Source: Botryllus schlosseri (Eukaryota). From it: DNA of 64,000 nt. The notes under the pieces are model-generated. The model saw only the letters and a list, made by a program, of their open reading frames with translations. It made no database searches and was not told the DNA's origin. Each line of letters opens with the position of its first letter. Positions within the stretch are counted from its first letter, which is position 1. This document shows, one piece after another, positions 12,347 to 25,403 of this stretch. The DNA lies in NCBI GenBank assembly GCA_051294905.1, contig CM119372.1, positions 27,468,001 through 27,532,000 on the forward strand, in the 5' to 3' direction. A program made the translations under genes and the position numbers.

Positions 12347-14114
12347 CAGTGGTTCCCAACCTTTTTCGACTCATCGCCCCCTTTTCAAACTCCACACCGA
12401 TCATCGCCCCCCAAATATTGGGAACACAAAAATGGGCATGCAGACTGAAATCACAGCCGAGTTGACTAAGAAAAAAGGTCAACTTTTCGGCTCGACCTCG
12501 AAATTACACTTTTTCCAGCTACATTTTGGTGAGTTGACTAACAAAAAAGGTGATTTCTGCGACTTGATTTCCAAAGGACCGTAACAGCACTTCGTCAGCC
12601 CCCCTCCCCCCTAATACGTTGATCGACCGAAAAGATCATCGCTCCATCAAATATGCCGGACCTGATGTGTGGAACAGTATCCCGCCGGCCATCCGTCAGT
12701 CGACGAGCATGTCCACATTCAAGTCGAAATACAAGCAATTACTACTAAATAAATACAGTCCATCCTCAAGATTACCGGACCACGACTGACCTATCGATCT
12801 CGCTTCCCATGACATGCCGCCTTATTTCTTGTCGCATTCTTTTTTCTATACTATCTTCTTTACTTTCATTCAGTGTGCATGCCTCCTCTTTACATCGCCT
12901 AGGCCAAGGGGGGTGTCAGATTCCATAGACTACTCCTTGTCGCTTCGACATCTTCCTGTCTTTTCATTGTATCGCATTTTTGTGGTGTATTGAACTGATA
13001 AAATTGCTAATAAACCAATGATGATGATGATTGACCCCCTCCATAGGGCGATAAAGCAAACTTCGGCACTCCTCAGACCCAACTCCTCCGATACCTCTTT
13101 ACCGCTACTTCCCAGCACAAATTGTTGGACTCTTTAGTTAGTCGACTTGATTCGCGCGAAGCGCGAAAAATTTCCATTATTCATGATTGAATCGGTCGAT
13201 ATGATCAGGAATTGCATAAATATTGCTGTCAATTTTTTATCCTCTCTCTGCTCATGTATTCAGATTTACCGGTAAAGCTGAGTGACGTGTCTTGGAAAAT
13301 GTATAGGGCCCGTAAATAATAATTGAACATATTCGGGCGGACCCGTGGGTATAATGACTTCGCTACGTAATGACATTTCGTGGCCTATCTGCTATGTCAA
13401 AAGATATTCAAATCGCCCATACGTACTAAACTAAAAGACGCACACGATTTCAAATTGGTATTTCTGTACTGGCACTAATTTTTCTCTGCGAGATGGCATT
13501 TTTGTGGGATTCTGATTAAACAGGACAGAAACATTTGGCGCCAGCCATTTAGGCGCCTATGGACAATTAAATATATATGTATATCGTATATATATCGAAG
13601 TCGGTCAGCATAAAGGCAGTCCTTTTCCGCCAAGGTTTTCTCGTTCTGGCACACTTCTCGGAGTCGCATGTTACAAGGCCTGAAACTTCATATGTCTTGG
13701 TGCGTCATGGTGTGATAATGGCTGACGCCGAGATGCCCATTTCTATACCTCATGCGTATTATTTCTTGGAGGAAGGGTATCCAATAAGCAAGAAATAAGC
13801 GACCACGATATGGCGCGCAGCGCGAAAATATTTTGAAAAAGTTGCCTAAATTTTCAAAATAATACCCTATAATTAATATTAATTCACGAAAAAATTGTGG
13901 GCCCCCTTCGAGTTCGGGCCCTCCATCTCAATTGGGGGCTTGGGTGTGGCAGTTACGGTCATGGATGCCAATGTAGCCATTTCAACGCGCCATCGCCCCC
14001 CTATCGCCCCCTTTGTCCGTTTTCGCCCCCCTATCGCCCCCTTGGCTATTTTCGCCCCCCTGGGCCGACAAATCGCCCCCTGGGGGGCGATATCGCCCAC
14101 GTTGGGAACCACTG
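12347..14114. mobile_element. hAT-type MITE inserted between RT and RNase H
   Basis: TIR cagtggttcccaac..gttgggaaccactg; TSD gtctaaat; tcgcccc subterminal repeats. Confidence 0.88.
12615..13032 (+). mobile_element. 3' end of an L2/CR1-group LINE (Crack/Daphne-like)
   Basis: SIKYAGPDVWNSIPPAIRQSTSMSTFKSKYKQLLL C-terminus, then aataaa and an (atg)n tail. Confidence 0.7.
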
Positions 14115-17017
14115 GTCTAAATCAATGTTATGTGATTGCATCAGCCATGGATGGAAGAGTTTTTATTTCCAGGACAAGGTTATTCAGAGACCCGACATTG
14201 GTGGCGATGTTGAAGGTAATGAATTTTGGGTTCATGAGGCTATATATCTCCTGCCAAGAGTCTTCAAGCACTCCTAATGTTGGGTGTTCGTGAGCCTGGT
14301 AACGTCTAAGGTGGAAGCGATAGTTACGGCTAAGCTGTTTGTGGCGTAGATGGAGAGGAAGTTCGTCAAATGAGGCTTCCAGTGCACAGATGGGGGTGCG
14401 GTGCATTGCTCCGTAGCAGAGGCGGAGAGCTTGATTTCGTATGGTCCGTAACTTGTCCAGATACTTTTTTGGGGCGAAGTAGTATGCTGGTAACCCATAG
14501 TCAATTAGTGAGCGTATCAGCGCCCTGAAAAGCTGCAGCAATGGCTTTTTACTCGCTCCCCATGCAGTACCAGTCACTACTCTGATTAGATTCAGTCTGT
14601 TGGAGCACTTTTTGGAAATCGTATCGATATGTTGCTTATAGTTGAGCAATTTGTCAAACGTGATACCAAAATATTTGTAGGTGTCGACAAATTCAAGTTC
14701 ATGGTCACCAGTTTTCAAGATGAGTGGAGGAATTTTCCATTTCTTCGTGAACAGCATGCCTACGGTCTTGGCCTTACTGATGGTAAACCCCCATCTGGAA
14801 CACCAGTTGCTTATTACATCGAGTGATGATTGAATGGAAGACAAGAGGGGCGGGATAAGAAGACCGCTATCCCAAACAGCGCAGTCATCTGCGAACACCG
14901 CATGTTCAGACCGATGACCTAACGAGCTCGGTAAATCATTGATCATAACCGCAAAAAGCAAAGGGCTGAGAACGCTTCCCTGGGGTATATCGTTCTGCAG
15001 TACGTAACAGTCGGAAAGAGTGTTTCCTACGGTCACCTGGAAAGTTCTGTCAGAAAGGAAATTTGTAATCCATCGGTGCATGTGTCCGCGTATTCCGAGT
15101 TGGTATAGTTTGTACAGAAGTGCGTGGCGCCACACCATCTCGTAGGCTCGACTTATGTCTAAGAAGACCGCTACCACCGATCGCTGATGATGGATGTTCT
15201 TGTAAATCGTGTCGTGGAGACGCAGTATATGGTCCAGGGTGCTTCGACCACGCCGGAAGCCGGACTGTGAGGGATGTATCAGATTTCTTGACTCCAAATC
15301 CCATCTTAAGTGATTGGTGACCATTACTTCCATAACTTTAGAAATGTCACTCGTGAGAGATATAGGGCGGTACGAGTCCGCCGAGGTAGGATCTTTGCCC
15401 TTTTTGGCAATAGGGCAGACTATAGCATGTTTCCGCGAGACTGGCAATTTCCCCGTCTCCCGGGATGCATTGTACAGTATCGAAAGATCGATGCGACAGG
15501 AGGATGATGGATTTTTTAACATCGGCATTTTCAGCTACGCAAAGCTTGATTTAGTTCGGCAAGAGTAAATTCGATGTTTATGTTCGAATTCCTGTGCCGA
15601 TCTGGTTTGTTGTCAGCGGTAAGATGTACCGTACCGTGTTTTCAATGTTAGTCTTCGTTATACGAAAACCTGCTGGGTAGTTGTCGGAGCTGCTCGTCTT
15701 AGCGAAGTGTGCAGCCAGTGTATTAGCTTTAGTTTTGTTATTTTGTGAAATATATCCGTTCGACTTCAGCGTTGGTATGGAATTGAACGCATGTACTCCC
15801 GACATATATCTCATATCGTGCCAGACTTTCGACATCTGCGTACGGGAGCCCAATGTACCACAAAAATCCTCCCAACATTTGCGTTTTGCAGAAAGGATGG
15901 TTTTTCGACATTCGGCTTTCATACGTTTGAAGGCGATCACGTCTCGAATGTGAAAAGTACGTTTCATTTTCAAGTAAGCAGCCCTTTTCCTGCGCACAGC
16001 ACGAGTACATTCCACGTTCCACCAAGATACGGCGATTTTCGTTAATATTTTCGGTTGTGGGATCGACTCTCCCGCCCCTAAAAGTAGGCTATTTGTGAAA
16101 TGGCGGTGGAGGCCTTCAGTTTCCCCCATAGCAACGAAGTTGGATTGAAGGTGGAAATCCACAGCAGCCGAGAAGGCTGACCAGTTCGCCTTACTGTAAT
16201 CCCATCTTCGTTTTGATGAATTGCACGACACCCTATTATTGTATGTGGTCTGGACTACAACGTGATCACTACCTATGAGCTGGTCGGTTACTGTTGTGGC
16301 ACATCTCGCCGCAATGTCCCGATACGACATCGACATGTCAAGAAGTGACCAGCGATGGACGGCATCACACGCAATATTCATACGAGTGGGTGACGATGAA
16401 TTCAACAGGACAAGGTCGTTTCCACCCATTATTTCGCAGAGTTGGTTGCCACGTGCATTTGTCGAGTGACTCCATGAAGAATGGTGCGCACTGCGCATTG
16501 AAGTCGCCGCATATAATGGAGCGTGATGACAAAGACTCAAATATCCTATAATCACTAGCTGTAGTTACACAGTCCGGGGGTATGTAAACCCTGCATATGT
16601 TCAAGCTCCCTACTCGCACACATAGTACCTCAAAAACGGATGACGAGAAGTCGTTCGAAAGAGACGCATTGAGCGATGCTCGAACAAAAGTGGCAATGCC
16701 GCCAGAGTGCACCGTCTTGTCACGGCGGAATAGTTGGTACCCTCCTAGTTTTGGTGTGTACTTTTGGACAAGATGGGATTCTTGAATAAGAATAACGTCT
16801 GGTTGAATGGTTAGGGTTGACAAGTAGTGCTTAAATTCGTGTAGTTTGTGATAGATGCCCCTGCAGTTCCACTGTAGATTGTTATAAGCCGCCCAATTGA
16901 GCGTATTAGCTCAAACGAAGCATACTCAGATAGTTCAGTAACCGATGATATGGGTCGCACTCCAATTAAGTTGGCACTTCTTGGCGGAGATCTACGGCGG
17001 TACACCTCTGTTATAAA

Positions 17018-18935
17018 CAGGGTGGCCATACCGTCCTTATTTCTAGGATTTGTCCTTATTTTGAAGGGCCGGGCCTTAGAAAACTCGACTGTCCTTATTT
17101 CTAAGAAATGTCCTTATTTTTGACTTGTGTCCTTATTTTGTCTTACTTTCAACAACTATACAGAACTTCGATCGTGTTCCCCTGGTATCTGTGTTGCATC
17201 ATATTCTAAAATTAGACTTTTACGTCGAGATTTTATGACATCATAAATGAAAGGAACTCCCGTGGCGTCTAGTGGTGAGATAGCTAGGGCATAGTGGGTG
17301 GTATAGCAGTTTCTGCTGCACCAAGCTATCGCAGCGGACGTCATTTTAACAGTAAACAGCAGTACCAGGTTTCTGTTGTATATTCTACAGCAGAATAGGC
17401 TGTGGGGAAGGCAGCATTTATTGCGTAGTGAAAACGGGCGCAGTGCAGACGACACTTTTGTTTAGAAAAGAGTAAAGCTATAAACCATTGATAAATTTAT
17501 TAAATTATATTGCACATAATAGCTGTAGCTAATAATAACGCTAAATCTGATTATTTAAAATGAGCAAGCTTAAAGCGTTTTTCGTGGCGATTATGAGCGA
17601 TGTTCCCTCCAATTTTTGACGCGTCTGCGCACACTCATCAACTCACTGCGCAGACCCTTGGACAACAGTGCGTAACGTATAAAAAGAGGTCATCACTTTG
17701 GATTTTTGTACGCAGCTTAGATATTCTTCGCGCAGAGACCGAGCCAGCACTACGCATTTGCACGTGCACAGCTTAGAGGGAACATTGAGTATGAGAGATA
17801 ATAGAAAAGCATCAAACGGAGCTTGAAGGGCGCGAGTATTTCGCACAATATCTGTAATTGTGACATTAACCTAGAGGCCATAGGAAAGACCGCTATTTCA
17901 ACTCACATTGATACCCAAAATGACAAGAAGTGAGTCATAATAATTAATTCGAGCCAGTCGATGAATAATTTTTTCATAAGTCGATCGTCAGTACCAACGA
18001 CCACAGACTACAAGGCAGCTGCTGCTGAGGGTACCTTGGTATTCCATACTGTCAAAAACCAGCAATCATTCATCACCAACGATTGCACATCGCAATTGTT
18101 CAAAGCAATATTCCCCGATTCCAACATCGCAAAGAAGTTTGCTTCGGCCAGGACCAAGACTACAAGCATTAATGTTACAGGAGTTCTTGCTCCATATGCT
18201 CAAAAATGACTTTGTCTGAACGAGGTGTACAGTAGGGCTCTTCAAAAAAGACTTTTTTTCTCAAATCGTACTGGATACTTGATAAAATTGTTAGGTTACT
18301 AAATTTAAGCCTACACACCAAATTTGGTTCAATTCCAACCAGTAGCCGCACTCCTACAGGGGAAGAAAGTTTCTATTTATTATATAAAAATAAATAACAA
18401 AAAATTTGAAAATTTTCTGTTCACCCCATGAAAGTGTTAGGTTGTCTATAGAAACGATGCTCACCAAATTTGGTTCAATTTCAACCAGTAGAAGCGGAGT
18501 TATTGCCGTCGAAAAATTTTATTATGCATAAAATAGTATTTACGGTGACCAATTCTTCAATTATTTATTATAGTGGTGTCCTCCGTAAGTACTATTTTTG
18601 AAGAGCCCTACTGTACAGCCTTTTTCCATCTCTGTTCATGCCTCTAATCACAGCGAAGTAGAAGTTTAATTTAGGGGGTCCAGGACCAAAGTGTTTTTTT
18701 TTGGGGGGGGGGGGCTGACGAAGTGCCCTGGGTAAAAGGTAAATCAAGACCTGAGCTGTCGTGAGATCCATGAAGCACTTTCTGATAACATAGAGTTGCT
18801 GGAGCAGATGATTTCTGGCGATAAATATTGAACGTGATAGACCACGGCCCGTATAAGTATGTAGAAAAACGCTTTTAATGCTAATGTAATTTTTCGACTG
18901 TCCTTACTTTTGGGTCTATGTCGATGGCAACCCTG
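17018..18935 (+). mobile_element. hAT (Blackjack-like) deletion derivative with transposase remnant; nested MITEs 17598-17787 and 18233-18610
   Basis: TIR cagggtggccat..atggcaaccctg; TSD gttataaa; AAEGTLVFHTVK..SF...DC...FPDS.IAKKFASARTK remnant at 17961-18209. Confidence 0.85.
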
Positions 18936-20858
18936 GTTATAAATCATCGCACCATTCCATATTAGATGCATATTGCTTCATATAAGCGATGAAGCTGCCT
19001 GCTCGATCTGGATTAGCTTATAATTGATTAGCCAATAGTAACATCATATCAGAGTGGAGAAGAAGTATGAAACAAATTCCCGTTGTGTATAGTTAGTTAG
19101 CTGGTCAGAAGAAAAGATCAAGTGCCAATGACTACAATAAGCCATTCCGATCCGACCTTCGTCGAGTGAGGACGTCTCAAGGTAGCCCTGATTAATGCAC
19201 AGGATTTGCGTTCGACTTGAAGAATCACAGGTGAGATCTTTTCACTGTACTATAGTCTAGTAAGCAGCGTAGTGTAGAATAGTCCTATTCATACAGGTGT
19301 TACGTATACCAAATCGGATAGATAGGTCCATATACATAGTGGGCTCAAGAGGTAGCTCCCTCTCTAGCACAGCGTGGTAGATGGAGGGCATACAACATAC
19401 CAAGGCGCCGGTAAAGCGTAAAACGACTGATCCTATATCATCGGATAGTGACGAACCTAGCGATTGCGTTAATGACCGGCTTCAACAGAGTGGGTACAAA
19501 ATTTCCGCTCGAAATTATGCAGTGGCGGATCAGAATTCTGCATTAAAAACTAGTACTACTAATGTTAATGCAAATATGGTTTGTTGTCCCGCGTCCGGGA
19601 ATGTCTTCCGACCTCCTGCCAACACAGTGTCGCCGCCATCGTCGCAAACCAGCATTGTTTCCGATGACAACGAAAATAACATAGATAGGAAAGTGGTGAT
19701 TTCCTGACAATAAAGGTCTATTCTGCGCTATCAACCAAGTTGGTTGGTTGAACCGACAGTGGTGAACGGGCCGTTGTCCGCGTTGATCACCAATTATCAA
19801 GACATCAAACCTCTTCACAAATCCGGTACTTTGCTCATCACTTGTCACAATCACAAGCAGGTTACGCAGTTGTTGTCATGCGGTAGTCTAAGCCAGTGGT
19901 TCTCAACCACCGGTCCGCGGACCGGTGCCGGTCCGCGACGACTTTCCTGCCGGTCCGCGAAGTATATTACGATTTATACCTTAATTTCAAGACGCAATAT
20001 GTTGATGACTTGTCCTTTGATAAAATAAATATAACATCAAATTCTTAACTGATTCAGAACTTCGTGAGGTAACATTAGGGCGGGAAACATATTCCATTTG
20101 ACTTGCATGATCGATTTGACTTGAAGTTCAAGACATGCCATTTGATGGCATGCGAGCGACAAGTACGAGCTTACTCGCTAAACCAGGCAGTTTGTGCGAT
20201 CATTCGTTGTCGGTTCATTCATTTTGTGCATGACCGTAGCCTAACTTGGGCACTCGAAACCCCCTAATTGGAGAGGTGCCGAGATTGAAGGGGGTCCGAA
20301 ATCGCAAATGAACATAAATTATAAAGTATTTTTAGAAAAGTTTTCCCAAATTTTCCAATTTTTTTTCGCGCCTGGCGCGATTTAGTGCCGCTAAATTTCA
20401 TGCATATTGAGAGTACCCTTTTACTAGAAATAGGCATTTCGGCGTCAGCCATCACCGCGCCACGACACTCCAACACATGGTGCAGTTCAGGCTATCATGG
20501 AACTCAGAAAGATGTGCCAAAATTTGGCACCGAGAAAACCTGGGCCGAAAAGGACTAAGCTTTGTTGACCGAAAACCGGCCGAGTATTAGTTTAACACGC
20601 TTCAGCGATTTCAATATCTATTCACTATATAACAGACAGTAGGTCACGAAATAATGACATGCAGTGAAGTAATTATTTCAACAGGCCCGCCCGAATATGT
20701 TATTTTTAATTATTTTTTACGTGTCCTAAATTTTCAAAGACGACACTTCACCCAGGTCTACCGGAAAATCTGACAATTCTGAGAGGATAGAAATTTTATA
20801 GCAATATATATGCAATTACCAATATTTTTGACCTATTCGGTCATGAATGCTCGAATAT

Positions 20859-21123
20859 CTTTAACGTGAAAAAATGACTTCATGTTGTTAATTAGTTCGC
20901 TAAGAGCTTTTTGACTGACTCTCATCAGTAGCGAAGTTCAGTAATAGGGTGAATCAAATTCGAAATGTAGGAAATATTTTGTCTGTATAATATTTCGAAT
21001 TTTATTCACCCTATTACTGACCTGCGCTACTGATGAGAGTCAGTCGAAAAGCTTTTAGCAAGTAATTTAACAATATGAAGTTATTGTTTCGCGTTATTCT
21101 GAAGTTATGTACCCCAAATAGCT
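20859..21123. mobile_element. Palindromic Penelope-type pLTR insertion with two inverted hammerhead motifs
   Basis: About 100-bp inverted arms; flanked by the direct repeat tgctcgaatat. Confidence 0.7.
21026..21059 (+). ncRNA. Minimal type I hammerhead ribozyme
   Basis: gcta-CTGATGA-gagtcagtc-GAAA-agct-TT-tagc; palindromic AGCT loop. The inverted partner near 20900-20932 has GAAA changed to AAAA. Confidence 0.8.
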
Positions 21124-22887
21124 TGCTCGAATATTTTTGCAGTCGACCCGATTAAACTACATAAACTCTCTGCTTACACTGAGTAGAATGAATGTACCTA
21201 CGAGTACTAGTGAAAATATCCATCTAAAGAATTTCGGCTTCTCGCCGTGTGGGGCCCAATAACAACATGTTTGGAGGTGGGCAGACGAAGTGCTTATTCG
21301 GCCAGGATTTTTTGTATGGCCGGTATAGCTGTTGTCAGGTGTTTTCGTGCGGCGCATTGTATTCGTAGTAGCCAGAGTAGAGTCTGATGGTAGTGGCCAA
21401 TGAGCAACGCAGCCCGACAAGGTGCTCGGTTCGAATCCGAAACGCTTCTTCTCTCGATATTGTCGAAAAGAAAAATATTATTCGTGTTGGCGTGGTCGGT
21501 TAACTTAAACTCACGGCCTTCGGCGAGACAGACTGTTTACAAACGACTCTCGGCGGTATCCCGTTTATCTCGACAAGGCAATTTTACCTTGACTCAACAA
21601 ACTCACCACCGTAAAATCACATGGATGCCATCATGATCATAATTAATTACGATCAAAAGCCTCTAAATGTCACTCTCTGGCACCAAATACTTGCAAAAAA
21701 ATGGTTGCATACTTTACATTTTTGGTGAATTTCAATTTTTGAAAGTCCATTGGTCCGCCAAATATTTGTTGAAATTTTACCGGTCCGCGGGGCGAAAAAG
21801 GTTGAGAACTACTGGTCTAAGCGACCCAATGACGCATACCGATATCCCAATCGAAACGTCGAAATTTACACCAAGGCCATTCGCCAGCAGAGCTGTTATT
21901 ACGGGTGTTCCATTAGACCAGTGGTTCCCAACCGGGGAGGAAATCCACCCTTGTGAAGAATTTTGCAATTTTTAGGGAGGAATTCCACTTTAGAATTGTA
22001 ACGGATTTCCCAAATTGTTCATGTCCGAACTGTCACGCAGTCAACCAGTTATATCCGAAAGTATGCTCCTTATGGCTGTTTTTTGTTTGCAGAAAGTATG
22101 TTTAAATGCTATTTGAAATCTCTTTTTCACATACAAATCCCCCCTTTTCTTAACTAGTTCATATGTGCTGCGAAGCATATGTGCTGCAGTTCGCAAGACA
22201 ATTTTACAGGCCAGCGACGGCCTCTTAATCAAATATATCCTTAGCGAGCAAATGTCGTGTCGAATCTATCACAACAAGGCCTCCAGTGAAAGTATTTATC
22301 TCATATTTTCAAGTCAACATTTTCAGGCAGTGACAAAATATTCCAACGTCATCGATTCAAGTGAAAGAGATCGCTAGCCTTGCTTTATTTCTAGTGAACA
22401 GCTACTCGATCAAAAAAAACATCGTAAACTTGATGCAATGCTGCCGAAACCTAATGGGTGTCCTAAATTTCAATGAGATCCAGCAGGGAATCTGATCACG
22501 TGTATGTTATATATCAGGGCTATAGCCAAGTCACGAGGCTCCGAGTCACAAGTCAATCTCACTTTCATAGTTTTGACTCGAGTCAAGTCGAGTCATTTTC
22601 AATTCACCATTGAGTCAACTCCAAGTCACCGAGCAGAGGGTCGAGTCCGAGTCATGGTATTATGACTCGAGTCCGAGTCCAAGTCACACTTAAGTTAACA
22701 CTGTTTGGTGATATTGAATGATTTGGATTTATGATATAGGCTACTAATTTTCCTCAATTTGAGCAATTTCTTGTCGCATTGTCAAGTACCAGGATCAATA
22801 GACGAAATTCCAACAGGGTGGTCACTTTATACTGTTCTTCGAAATTACAATGAAATGTCGGTCTTGGCCGTTTTATAGTCTCGAGTC

Positions 22888-25403
22888 CAGACATGAGGTG
22901 ATTACTTGACGAATGTAACCGATTGCGATTACGATTACTTGTAAATCCCGCGATTACGATTACGATTACGATTACAGCCAAATCAGGAAGTAGTCGATTA
23001 CGATTACGATTACTTTTCAAAAGTAATCACGATTACTCCCGATTACATTTGTTTTACTTCTTAGAACTAATATCAGAAGAGATATTGGAAGACAATATAA
23101 ATAAGGCTTGCGATGAAAAGGTCTAATGAGATAACAACTTTCTTTATAAATCATACGTCATATGCTTGTTACGTCATAATGTATCCATTGCCACCTCTAT
23201 GCAGGACTATCCGTTGCACCCAACGATTTGCATTCTTGCCAGGTCCGTAACTGCCACACCCCAAACTCCCCAATAGGACTGGTAGCGAGCTCTAAGGGGA
23301 CTCAAAAGTATTTTGTAAATCGACATATTTTCAAGAGAGTTAATTAACTTGAAAATTTTCTTCATCTTCGGGATTTAATGTCTCTAAATAGCTTGATTTT
23401 GAAATGCATACCTCTCCCCCTCAAGAAAAAAAGCATGTAAATTTATAGGAATAGGCATTTCGGTGGCGGTCATTACCCCGCCACGACACACCAAAAGACA
23501 TAAGCAATTTCGGCCAACATGCAACTCCACAAAGTGTGCTACCAAAGAATGACCTTGGCCAAAACGTTGGGTATGTGTCCATTGTCAGTAGCCGCGCTCT
23601 GTGGGCGTGACGAATAGTCCGCTTCTTCCAATCAGAGCCTCAACAATGCAAATGCCACCCGGGGCACTCACAGAGGAATGAAGATATGGCAATTTGTGTG
23701 TGCGTCTCACGAAAGTTTTTCTTTTAGTCTGCTACGTTTGGGCGACTACAGTATCTTTTGATTATATAAAAGACGGGAGGTCACGAATTAACAACAAACA
23801 ATAATGAAATTAAAACAACATACCAGATGCTATAATTATGAATTACTTGCCCCCAGCTCTACCGGTAAATCTGAATGAATAGCAAGATAATGCAATTACC
23901 AATATTATTGACGAAATTCACTCATCAACTTGAAAACTGACCACCCTATGGGGCCCCAATACCCAGGGTTGTAATGACTCGAGTCATGACTCGACTCGAG
24001 TCGCGATTTTTTGGTGACTACACTTGACTCGAGTTATTTTTTGTATTACCTCGACTTGTACTCTAGTCATTTTGCATGACTCGAGACTAGAACGGCCAAT
24101 ACAGACATTCCATGTAATTTCGAAGAATAGTAACGTTACCACATTATTTGTATTTCGTCTATCAGTCCTGATACTTGGAAATGAGGCCGTAAACTGTGAA
24201 ACTTGATGAAAAATACGATATTATGAATACGAGCCATTCTATATCCCTCGAGCAGAGTTGAAAAAAGTGGGTTGAACCGGATTGATCAGAAAACTGATCT
24301 GTGAACATAACGACTTGTACTCGTACTCGAGTTAAAAAATATGACTCAGACTCGACCCTATACTAGCTGACTTGGACTCGCACTTGACTCGGGGGGGGGG
24401 GAGTGAAAATGAATAGACTTGACTCGAGTCATAACTATAAAAGTAAGATTGACTTGCGACTCGGAACATTGTAACTTGGTTACAACCTTACCAATACCAA
24501 CGTTTGGAGTGGGGGACGAATTGCTTTTTTGGTTCTGATTGTACCTACAACCCACGCTTACATGGTGCATAAGCGGGGGGCTATGGCGGCAGGTATAAAT
24601 GTCGAGTGAAGAATTGTGAAATAACGATTGGCGCCCGTTTGAAGTAGTCATATGAGGATAAGATTAATTTAACTTAAAATCTACCTTCCAGTCAATACAG
24701 ATACTGCAAGCTGCCGGTTATGCCGTTAAAAGAAACGGCAAAGAACGGCTCGGTTATGATCTATAAACGCAGCGTAATGTTTTATTTGACGAGTACAAAA
24801 CTTCAAATCTTTGTCCGGTGTAAGTACAATACATACGTACACTACATAGATAAGCCTACTGCTCGCCAAGCAGCAACGGTCAAACTGCGTTTAACTATAA
24901 GCATAACCAAACATCAATACATGAGTTACTATTTGAAACTAGGCAGAGTGGTGATCATTATCTTGCTGCGAGGTAGTGGCGTCTGGAGTGTATTGATAAC
25001 CTGATATACAGCATGGCTTACACACTGTTCTAACAATCACACAACAATGTACATAGAATATATATTTACTACGTGTGGATACTTCTTTCGCAAGGACGAG
25101 CAAAGCTAATATTTCCGACGTAATAATGAGCAGTGGCGTTCGAAAATCAACCGCTTGCGCTATCAATAACCTAGTATAATATCTCTTCCTTGTTCTCGAA
25201 TGTTCGGATATGTCATATTCATTGTACAAATAAAAAGTAATCGTTCTTTCACAAAACAATCGATTAGATATGCGAAGTAGTCGATTACGATTACGATTAC
25301 TTTGGATTTTTTTCGAATGTAATCGATTGCGATTACGATTACTTGAAAATGCTGTAAACGTCGTAATCGATTACGATTACTAATCGCGATTACCCCATGT
25401 CTG
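22888..25403. mobile_element. MITE with (cgatta)n subterminal repeats
   Basis: TIR cagacatg..catgtctg; TSD ctcgagtc. Confidence 0.85.
23964..24490. mobile_element. Innermost MITE with gactcgag repeats
   Basis: TIR cagggttgtaa..ttacaacctta; TSD ccaatacc. Confidence 0.85.

Larger units (their letters stand above)
9660..17010 (-). mobile_element. Decayed I-group LINE ORF2 (APE-RT-RNase H-CCHC) with (AAT)n tail; interrupted by MITEs
   Basis: APE QWNCRG/PDVILIQE/GDFNA/GSDH; RT PQGSVLSPLLF and FADD (466-aa ORF 14128..15528); RNase H IYTDGSK and WVTGH..GVNELAD; C-terminal CDHC..ETVEHCLLHC. Confidence 0.93.
19894..21814. mobile_element. hAT-type MITE in LINE ORF1 (same family as 31249-33805, opposite orientation)
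   Basis: TIR cagtggttctcaacc..ggttgagaactactg; TSD gtctaagc. Confidence 0.88.

Noticed and set aside
14128..15528. 466-aa reverse transcriptase ORF as a host gene or novel RT system
   Set aside because: Flanked by frameshifted APE and RNase H segments of an ordinary decayed LINE ORF2
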